Part shown: positions 1 through 6,985 of the stretch, piece after piece
Position numbering within the stretch: the stretch's first letter is position 1
How the letters are laid out: each line of letters begins with the position of its first letter
NCBI GenBank assembly: GCA_034440375.1
Contig: JAWXBZ010000077.1
Coordinates: forward strand, 1 to 19,243
DNA from: Candidatus Eiseniibacteriota bacterium
Lineage (GTDB): Bacteria; Eisenbacteria; RBG-16-71-46; JABDJR01; JAWXBZ01
Direction of reading: 5' to 3'
Length of the DNA: 19,243 nt
Translations under genes and position numbers: made by a program
The notes under the pieces: generated by a model
Database searches by the model: none
The model's input: the letters and a program-made list of their open reading frames with translations, nothing else
Told to the model about the DNA's origin: nothing

Positions 1-255
1 CAGCACGTCGGCCGGGAGAAGATTGCGTGCACGGTCTGCCCCCTTGCCGCTGGCGCCACCGGCCGTCAGGCCGGGGTATTCAGCCAATGGTCCGTGGCAG
101 GTGGAACAGGACGCATCCGCCGCCAGGTGTGATGTGGCCTGGTGACAGGCGAGGCAGGTTTCAGCCGTCGGACGAACCATGTCAGGCATCCGGCCGGTGG
201 CGCCAGCGGCAAGGTGGCAGACCGTGCACGCAATCTTCTCCCGGCCGACGTGCTG
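1..255. repeat. 65-bp inverted duplication (1-65 vs 191-255)
   Basis: 1-65 is the reverse complement of 191-255 with one mismatch (position 41). Confidence 0.97.
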
Positions 256-540
256 TTCGTGCGAGAACTTGAAGTTTCCCCGATCCGGGAGGGGTGGCTG
301 CCACGCCACGGGCGGCGCCGTCTGCCCGTCGTGGCAGCGGGCGCAGTCGTTGATGCTTACCCGAACCAGCTCCTCCGGGCGATCCGTTCCGATCTCCGCG
401 TGGCAGGGCGCGCAGGACGTGAAGAGGCGGGAGTGCTTCGTGTGCGGAAAGGGGGATGGTTTCGGCGAAGGGACCGCTCCGCTCGACACGACGACGGCGA
501 GGAGCAGCGCGGCCCCGATGACCCGGCGGAGGCGGCTCAT
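1..540 (-). CDS. Periplasmic multiheme cytochrome c (c3/c7-like repeats), 3'-partial; absent from the ORF track
   Basis: ATG at 540-538 overlaps the upstream TGA (ATGA). Manual translation: MSRLRRVIGAALLLAVVVSSGA (signal peptide) ...FPHTKH...CAPCH...CARCH...FSHEQH...CTVCH...CLACH...CSTCH. The frame is open to the window edge. Bases 1-65 are probably not native coding sequence. Confidence 0.92.
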   Translation of the reverse strand, partial: MSRLRRVIGAALLLAVVVSSGAVPSPKPSPFPHTKHSRLFTSCAPCHAEIGTDRPEELVRVSINDCARCHDGQTAPPVAWQPPLPDRGNFKFSHEQHVGREKIACTVCHLAAGATGRMPDMVRPTAETCLACHQATSHLAADASCSTCHGPLAEYPGLTAGGASGKGADRARNLLPADVL

Positions 541-2027
541 GATCGTGTCGCCCCACCGGCCTGGTTCGTTAACGCAATCGGATCGGAGCCGAACCTGACT
601 TTCAGCGCGAGCGTGCCGCGCCACTGGTCGTAGTCCTCGTACCCGGGACGGTTGTGGAAGGTGTGGCGGAAACGAGCGAGTTGCGCCGTCACGTCGACAG
701 CGCCGGCGCCATGCCGTCCGACGAATCCGACACCATGGGTGGTTCCCTCACCGAACCGAAACTCGGTGAATTGCTCGGTTCCCAATGCGTGAAGCCCGAA
801 TGCGGTGCGCGGTCCGAACGACCGATCCAGCGCCAGGTCGAACTGCCCCCGGTAGGCACCAAAGCCGTGGTCGACACCGGCCGTGGCGCTCGCCGACCAG
901 CCACCCTGGTGAAACCCGCCACCCAGGTGGCTGCGGAAGGCATCTCCCTCGATCGGTGCGAGGCCGATGCCGGTTTCAGTATCCCGGTAATCGCGGTAGG
1001 CGGCGGTGGCGTCGAACGTGAGTACCGCGGAAGCCCGGTATGACCCGGACAGCCGGAGCTGGTCGAATCCGACCGGGGTGAACGCGCCCCAGATCGTCCA
1101 GAGTTCAAAGAACGGGCTCGAGTGGCGAGCCTCTATGGCCAGGTCGAGCCCGGGCGTGATCGATCGACCGAGCAGGAGCCTCAGATCGTTGATGACAAGC
1201 GAAGCGACGTCGAGATCTCCCGAAAATTCGGCACGGGATCGCCCGGCCTGCCAGCCGGCATCGAGTGCCATTCGTTCGCTGTACAGCGAGGCGCGGTCGG
1301 TTCGTATTTCGCGCTGGTACAAGAGACTTGTCGACAACGTAGAGGTCGGGCGTACCCGTCCCTCGAAACCGATCAGCACGGCTCCCAGTTCGTTGGCGAT
1401 GTTGTCCGCCTCGGCCAGAAGGGAGCCGGAATAGGGGGCGTCGAGACCGCGCCCAAGGCTTCGTCCACCGAACGCCGTGAGCCGCAGCGTCGAAGGACCC
1501 TTCCAGAGAATACTGCCGCCATCAAAGTGGATCGCGCCGAGACCGCCGTGATGATCCTGTCGCCCGGCTCGCAGTCGAAAGTCGTCGCGATCGAAATCCA
1601 CGGAGAGATCGAGGACGGCCAGTTCCTGGTCACTCCGCGGCCACAAGTCGTCGCTTCCGAATCGGCCTCGCAGATGGGTTCGTGCCTGCACCCCCCGCCA
1701 CCCAGGCCATGCGGTCAGATTCAGATCCTGGGTCATCGGGGAGGCCGTCTGCAGAGTCCCCGAGCGGTATCGATAGCAGTAGCCGCCGGGCACACAGGTC
1801 ACCAGCGAGCCGTCGGGAAGGCGTCGGGTGATCCCGTCTCCGGGCACCTCGGATTCGGGAAAACTGTCTCGCTCCACCGTTCGAAAATCGATGGCCGAAG
1901 CGCCCACGCGGAATTCCCCGCGAATTCCCTGTGCGGCCGCCGGCAGGCAACTGGCGATGAGGAGGATACCGGCCGTCAGGGCTGGACAGATCGACAGGCC
2001 CGGCAAAGTGCCGCGCGAAAACCTCAT
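537..2027 (-). CDS. Putative outer-membrane beta-barrel (porin component of a porin-cytochrome cluster), 496 aa
   Basis: Start reassigned to ATG 2027 (ATGA overlap with the upstream stop at 2024-2026). Signal peptide ends AAA|QG. Many amphipathic beta-strands (FRLRAGRQ, FDGGSILW, LRLTAFGG, WRGTLALKVRF). Lies between cytochrome genes. Confidence 0.8.
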   Translation of the reverse strand: MRFSRGTLPGLSICPALTAGILLIASCLPAAAQGIRGEFRVGASAIDFRTVERDSFPESEVPGDGITRRLPDGSLVTCVPGGYCYRYRSGTLQTASPMTQDLNLTAWPGWRGVQARTHLRGRFGSDDLWPRSDQELAVLDLSVDFDRDDFRLRAGRQDHHGGLGAIHFDGGSILWKGPSTLRLTAFGGRSLGRGLDAPYSGSLLAEADNIANELGAVLIGFEGRVRPTSTLSTSLLYQREIRTDRASLYSERMALDAGWQAGRSRAEFSGDLDVASLVINDLRLLLGRSITPGLDLAIEARHSSPFFELWTIWGAFTPVGFDQLRLSGSYRASAVLTFDATAAYRDYRDTETGIGLAPIEGDAFRSHLGGGFHQGGWSASATAGVDHGFGAYRGQFDLALDRSFGPRTAFGLHALGTEQFTEFRFGEGTTHGVGFVGRHGAGAVDVTAQLARFRHTFHNRPGYEDYDQWRGTLALKVRFGSDPIALTNQAGGATRS

Positions 2028-3022
2028 GAGCCGCCACCCGTGTGTCCAAGTGCAACCAGGTGACACGACGCGCACGCCTTGCCGGGTTGATGATCAAACA
2101 GTTCCGTGTGACAGGAGAGACAGAGTTCGCGGGTGTAGCGCGTCGACTCGATGCCGTTGTCGGTGTGGCATCCCGAGCCGGCACAACCGGTGTCATGAAC
2201 CTTCAGGGAGTGAACGCCGGCGGGAGGCGCGGCGTGACAGGTGCGGCAGGACGCCTCCGGGCGGTCATGCTTTTGGTGACACCCGGCGCAGTCGGCGCGC
2301 ACGCCACCCTCGATGGGGGTGATATGACAGGTTTCACACGCAACGCCGGTGTGTCGGGCGTGATCGAATTCCATCGGGCGCTCACGGGGTGGCGTCCCTG
2401 CGCTCAGCCGCATCAACACGGTTTCGATCCGCTGGCCGCTGATTTCCGTGGCTCCGTGGCAGGCGCCGCAGGCGGCGGCGGGCGGCGGCCCGTGGTGGCA
2501 GGCCTGGCATTGCCGATTGGCGGTTATGACCAGCGAACCGTGTCGCTCGGTGCTCTGGTGACAGACGGCGCATTCGAGATCGGCATGGCGGTCATGGACG
2601 AACGAGGCCATGGCGGCGGTGGCCGCCGGGGTCGCGGCATTCCCGTGACAGGAACGGCAATCGGCACCGACGGCCTTCCAGGCATGCGGTACATGGCAGT
2701 TCGTGCAGTCTTTGAAAATTTCGGGATCGACCCGGTGGAAGATCGTCTCGGTCCAGGCTTTCGGATGACATCCGGAGGTGGTGCAGGTGGGCAACCACCC
2801 GTCGCGTCCAGGCCTTGGATTGGCTTCATTGGCATCGTGACAGATGTCGCAGGAGGGGCCGTGGCGGTCGACGATTCCGGTAGCCGAAGCGACCGCTGTC
2901 GGGGAAACAGTCGGGCCCGGGGGAGAATCACCCGGGCCCGGTCGTTCACAACCCCATGCCAACCATGCCGCGCCACCCGTCACGATCCAGAAAAGCGGTC
3001 CGAAATGGCGGGTGCGGGTCAC
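2024..3022 (-). CDS. Multiheme cytochrome c lipoprotein, 11 CxxCH + 2 CxxxxCH
   Basis: Lipobox-like LAWG-C. Motifs: CDICH, CTTSGCH, CTNCH, CRSCH, CAVCH, CQACH, CGACH, CETCH, CAGCH, CRTCH, CAGSGCH, CLSCH, CASCH. c3-type FxHxxH motifs (FVHDRH, FDHARH). The GTG start is uncertain. Confidence 0.93.
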   Translation of the reverse strand: MTRTRHFGPLFWIVTGGAAWLAWGCERPGPGDSPPGPTVSPTAVASATGIVDRHGPSCDICHDANEANPRPGRDGWLPTCTTSGCHPKAWTETIFHRVDPEIFKDCTNCHVPHAWKAVGADCRSCHGNAATPAATAAMASFVHDRHADLECAVCHQSTERHGSLVITANRQCQACHHGPPPAAACGACHGATEISGQRIETVLMRLSAGTPPRERPMEFDHARHTGVACETCHITPIEGGVRADCAGCHQKHDRPEASCRTCHAAPPAGVHSLKVHDTGCAGSGCHTDNGIESTRYTRELCLSCHTELFDHQPGKACASCHLVALGHTGGGS

Positions 3023-3033
3023 ATCATATCGGA

Positions 3034-4467
3034 TTACTTGAACATCCGTTCCCGTGAAACCGAGGGTGCCGCGGTGACGCCGTAGGCGGCTTCGAGCGCA
3101 TCAATGCTGGCCACCAGCAATTGCTCGGTCAGGAACGGATTGTGCGTGGGCGAGCCCTTCTTGTCGGCCAGCTGCGCGTTGAACCACGCCCCGTCGGCCA
3201 CGGTGAAGCGTCCGTCGGTGGTATTGAACTCACCGGCGGGAACAAGCGTGAGCAGTCGCTCGACCTCTTCGACCAGATTTGCCATCCGGTTGTTCGCGGT
3301 CAGGAAGGCCGATCGAGCGGCCACGGGTGATCCGTGGCAGCCACTCTGGGCGCATGAATTGAACGTCCGCTCCTCGATCGGGCACTCATCCTCAGGCAAT
3401 GGCTTGCCGGTTTCATCAAGACAGGGTGCCGCCTTGAAAAGATGCCCGGTGGCACTGAAGACAAAACCGCCGGTTTCCGGATTGGTCACTTCGAATGACG
3501 TCACGTGGCATGACGCACAGAGCCGCGGATTGCCGGTGGTGCCGTGAGTGGCCACGATTCGATCCACTTCGGGTTCGAATCCGGGGGGCCACCATCCGGC
3601 CGTGCCGAGAAGCAGCGGCCCTTCAGGGGCGTGCGGGCCGCGGAGTGACGCGGACTCGGTTTCGGGATTCGAACGCCGGTTGTGGCACTTCATGCAGAGA
3701 TTGAGGTCCTCGTCGGGCACATCGATCGGAAAGCGGAGTTGCGCCGGGTTGTTTTTGGCGTGCGGATCGTGGCAGACGACACAGGTGATGCCGACATGCT
3801 CACTGCGAGGGGCATTCTTCTCGATGTAGTTGGACGTGACGCCCCAGGCCGCGAGTGCCCCCTGGCCGGAGTGGCAGCTCAGGCAGCTCGTCGACGTGCT
3901 GGATTTGGCGATCGAGTTGAACGTGGCATGCCGCGAGACCGCCCACTCATCCGCGAAGGCATGATGCGCGCCGGTATGACACTCCGCACAATTCTTGGTC
4001 GGCAGGCCTGACTCGAGAATGGCGATGGAGGCTTGCGGCTGGCTCGCGTCCGGATTGGTCACATGGTTGAGGCCGGGGCCGTGACAGCTTTCGCATTGGA
4101 CATTGTGATACCGGTCGTCTGCGACTCCGGCATAGCCGACGGCGCCCGTGGTCGGGTTGCCATTGGGACCCACCGAGTGGCAATTCTGGCAGAAAGCCTG
4201 GGAACCACCCGACGCTTGAAGCGTGGCCCAGGCATCTGCATGACCCGTGTTTTCCCACTTGGCCTGCTGACCGACATGGCAATTGCCGCACACGGTGAGA
4301 TTGGCATCCTGATCATCGATCCCAAGAAAGCCCTGAGCCGCAGCTGGGGGGTCATCGTAGAGCGGGCGTTCGACGAAAATGGTCTTCTCGTCCGTACATG
4401 CGGCGAGACTCAGGGCGAGGAAAAAAATCGTGCCCTGAAGGGACCAATTAATGGCATTCGTTCTCAT
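3034..4467 (-). CDS. Multiheme cytochrome c lipoprotein, 8 CxxCH + 1 CxxxxCH (c554-like N-terminus, helical C-terminus)
   Basis: Lipobox LAA-C. Motifs: CGNCH, CQNCH, CESCHGPG, CAECH, CLSCH, CVVCHDPH, CMKCH, CASCH, CAQSGCH. C-terminal GSPTHNP. G-rich SD (AGGGGGG) upstream. Confidence 0.95.
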   Translation of the reverse strand: MRTNAINWSLQGTIFFLALSLAACTDEKTIFVERPLYDDPPAAAQGFLGIDDQDANLTVCGNCHVGQQAKWENTGHADAWATLQASGGSQAFCQNCHSVGPNGNPTTGAVGYAGVADDRYHNVQCESCHGPGLNHVTNPDASQPQASIAILESGLPTKNCAECHTGAHHAFADEWAVSRHATFNSIAKSSTSTSCLSCHSGQGALAAWGVTSNYIEKNAPRSEHVGITCVVCHDPHAKNNPAQLRFPIDVPDEDLNLCMKCHNRRSNPETESASLRGPHAPEGPLLLGTAGWWPPGFEPEVDRIVATHGTTGNPRLCASCHVTSFEVTNPETGGFVFSATGHLFKAAPCLDETGKPLPEDECPIEERTFNSCAQSGCHGSPVAARSAFLTANNRMANLVEEVERLLTLVPAGEFNTTDGRFTVADGAWFNAQLADKKGSPTHNPFLTEQLLVASIDALEAAYGVTAAPSVSRERMFK

Positions 4468-4655
4468 GGACCCCCCTGCATGGCAGGTGGAAGGTCATAA
4501 GTCTGCACCGCTGACATCTCAATTAATAAGGCACACGGCCTCCGGGCACAAGGGCGGATGCCATCTATTCAGCAATTACCGCCACCAACACTGATAATTG
4601 TCATGATTTGGATATGGAATCGCCGGGTGGGCTGTTCGGAAAGGACCCGGAACCC

Positions 4656-4667
4656 TAGAATCCCCTG
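4656..4667 (+). promoter_or_regulatory. Putative -10 box of a leaderless promoter for the maturation operon
   Basis: TAGAAT at 4656-4661, 6 nt before ATG 4668; no SD at the normal spacing. Confidence 0.55.
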
Positions 4668-5792
4668 ATGAATCAAGGATTGACTCTGCGCCGCCGATCC
4701 GTCGGGGACGTTTCGCTCGGAGCCCTGATCGTGCTGGCGTTGTCCGCAGCCGGCGCAGGCGTCGGATGCCGTGAAAGCAAGATTCGCGCCTACGAGGTGC
4801 CAGCCGAGCGCGTCGCCCCGCCCCCCGTCATGTCACCGCCGCCGATGTCGCCCGGCGGGGCCGAAGTGCCGCACTGGCAACTTCCCGCGGATTGGCAGGA
4901 AGTGCCCGGCACCGGGATGCGCTTCGCCACGCTCATCGTCGAGGCCGGCAGTCCGCCGCTCGAGATCCGCGTGACGCCGTTGACGCTGGCCGCGGGCGAT
5001 CTGCTCGACAATGTGAATCGCTGGCGCGAGCAGATCGCACTCGAGCCGGTGTCCGCCATGGATGTGGGTAAGCTGGTCAAGAGCATCGATGCCGGCGGGC
5101 GAACGATTGATTACGTGAACCTGACCGGCCCGGCGACGGGCGATGCGCCCGCCAGGCAGATCCTGGCGGCCATACTTCCGGGATCGCAGCAACTCTGGTT
5201 CTTCCTCATGTTCGATGATGCAACGCGCGTCTCCCGCCACGCCGCCGAGTTCGAGGCTTTCATCAGCACGGTGCATCTGGCGGGATCTCCGGAAGGAAGC
5301 GGCGGCCATCCGGACATTTCGGACGGCCACGGTTCCGCCCCGGTCGCCCCGGGCGACGAGGGCGCGGAATCGATGATCTGGAGCCTTCCCGGCGGATGGA
5401 CGGTCGATCCCAGACCTCGCGACATGCGGGTGGCCACGATCAAGCTGTCGGACGGAGGGAGTGAGGTGGCCATCACTCGCTTCGCCGGGCCCGGCGGCGA
5501 TTTGATGGCCAACATCAACCGTTGGCGAAATCAACTCGGACTGGCTCCGGTGGCTGATCCAACCGATCAACCCTCCGAGTCGATCGAGCTGGCCGGATTT
5601 CCAGCCCGTCTCTTCGACATCTCCGAAGGTGGCAGCGACCCAGCGCGAAAGCGGACGCTGGTCGTTGGCCTTCCGCGCCCCGGCATCAGCTGGTTCATCA
5701 AGATGACCGGCCCCCACGACCTTCTGGATCGGGAGGAACCGGCGTTCCGGCAATTCCTCGGGTCGGTGCGAATGACCGGCGGGGCTCGATGA
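4668..5792 (+). CDS. Uncharacterised exported (lipo)protein with two tandem homologous domains
   Basis: Hydrophobic N-terminus ending GVG-C. Two copies of W-x-LP-x-x-W...MRxAT...GDLxxNxNRWRxQ...WF...F-x-x-F, joined by a Gly/His-containing linker. ATGA-coupled to resB. Confidence 0.88.
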   Translation: MNQGLTLRRRSVGDVSLGALIVLALSAAGAGVGCRESKIRAYEVPAERVAPPPVMSPPPMSPGGAEVPHWQLPADWQEVPGTGMRFATLIVEAGSPPLEIRVTPLTLAAGDLLDNVNRWREQIALEPVSAMDVGKLVKSIDAGGRTIDYVNLTGPATGDAPARQILAAILPGSQQLWFFLMFDDATRVSRHAAEFEAFISTVHLAGSPEGSGGHPDISDGHGSAPVAPGDEGAESMIWSLPGGWTVDPRPRDMRVATIKLSDGGSEVAITRFAGPGGDLMANINRWRNQLGLAPVADPTDQPSESIELAGFPARLFDISEGGSDPARKRTLVVGLPRPGISWFIKMTGPHDLLDREEPAFRQFLGSVRMTGGAR

Positions 5793-6985
5793 GTCCATTG
5801 CGGCGTCTCTTCAGAACGCTCTCATCCCTCCAGCTGACGGTCGTGTTGCTGGCCCTGTCGATCTTCCTCATCTTCGCGGGCACCTGGGCCCAGATCGATC
5901 TGGGGATCTGGACCGTTCTCTCGAAATATTTCCGATCGTATTTCGTCATGATCCCCATCCAGATATTTCTGCCGCGCGAGTGGAACGTGCCGGGTGCCAT
6001 TCCGTACCCGGGCGGATTCACGCTGGGTGGTCTGTTGCTGCTGAATCTGTTGACCGCACATGCCGTGCGCTTTCGCTGGCAGTGGAAGCGGGCCGGAATC
6101 ATCCTCGTTCACTTCGGCATCGTTCTCCTCATCACGGGCGAATTCCTGACGGCACTCCTGGCGCGGGAAAACAACATGACGATCATGGAGGGGGAGACGG
6201 CCAATTTCGCCGAGGATATCCGCGAAGTGGAACTGGCGATCACTGACCGATCCGACCCGGGCGTCGACAAGGTCGTGGTCGTGCCGCATTCCCGGCTTTC
6301 CCGTCGCGGCCTGATCCGCGATCAAGAGCTTCCGTTCGATATCCGCGTCGACGAATACCACCAGAATGCCGATCTTCTGGAGGGCTCCGAGGGCGGGCAG
6401 GGGCCCCTCGTGGCGGATCGTGGCTTCGCGATGAGCCGGGGAATCACGGTCCGGCATCGTCCGCCGGCCAGCGGCACCGATCGGGATCGGAGCGATTTCC
6501 CGACGGCCTATGTCACCCTCGAGAAGGACGGTGCCCGGCTTGGCACCTGGCTCGTCTCGCTCTACTTCTCCCTCATGGCGGAACCGGTGATCCAGCCGGT
6601 CGTGGTAGATGGCCGATCGTTCGACATCAGCCTCCGCTTCAAACGCGAGTACAAGTCGTATGAGATGTCGCTCATCGATTTTCGCCATGACAAGTATCCC
6701 GGAACCGAAACGCCGATGAACTATTCCAGCGATGTCCGCCTCGTCGACCGGGTGCGGGGCGAAGATCGCCGGGTGCGGATCTTCATGAACAACCCCCTGC
6801 GCTATCGCGGCGAAACGTTCTACCAGTCCAGCTTCCTCCAGGGCGATACCGGCACCGTGCTGCAGGTGGTGAAAAACCCGGGCTGGCTGCTCCCTTATGC
6901 CGCCTGTGTGATCGGGGCACTGGGGCTCATCATCCACTTCGGAATCCGGCTGCTCGGGTTCCTGAATCGGGGACGTAACCGATGA
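5789..6985 (+). CDS. resB: Cytochrome c biogenesis protein ResB/CcsB (System II)
   Basis: Three N-terminal TM helices with conserved His (ILVHFG), large soluble domain, MNNPLRYRGETFYQSSF motif, C-terminal TM helix; coupled to ccsA. Confidence 0.9.
   Translation: MSPLRRLFRTLSSLQLTVVLLALSIFLIFAGTWAQIDLGIWTVLSKYFRSYFVMIPIQIFLPREWNVPGAIPYPGGFTLGGLLLLNLLTAHAVRFRWQWKRAGIILVHFGIVLLITGEFLTALLARENNMTIMEGETANFAEDIREVELAITDRSDPGVDKVVVVPHSRLSRRGLIRDQELPFDIRVDEYHQNADLLEGSEGGQGPLVADRGFAMSRGITVRHRPPASGTDRDRSDFPTAYVTLEKDGARLGTWLVSLYFSLMAEPVIQPVVVDGRSFDISLRFKREYKSYEMSLIDFRHDKYPGTETPMNYSSDVRLVDRVRGEDRRVRIFMNNPLRYRGETFYQSSFLQGDTGTVLQVVKNPGWLLPYAACVIGALGLIIHFGIRLLGFLNRGRNR

Noticed and set aside
27-556. ORFs 27..272 (+) and 182..556 (-) sharing HGLPPCRWRHRP
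   Set aside because: The shared peptide only reflects the 65-bp inverted duplication; the real gene is in another frame.
2028-2075. Track starts at 2075, 11099, 12688, 17411, 17703 and 17836
   Set aside because: Downstream ATGs have better support from ATGA coupling, SD, signal peptide or family N-terminus.
3034-4467. Calling the gene nrfA or hao
   Set aside because: There is no CxxCK motif, the heme count differs, and no nrfH/nrfBCD or cycA context is present.
4665-4676. FNR-like CTGAT-GA-ATCAA at the 4668 start
   Set aside because: The spacer is 2 nt rather than 4 and it overlaps coding sequence.
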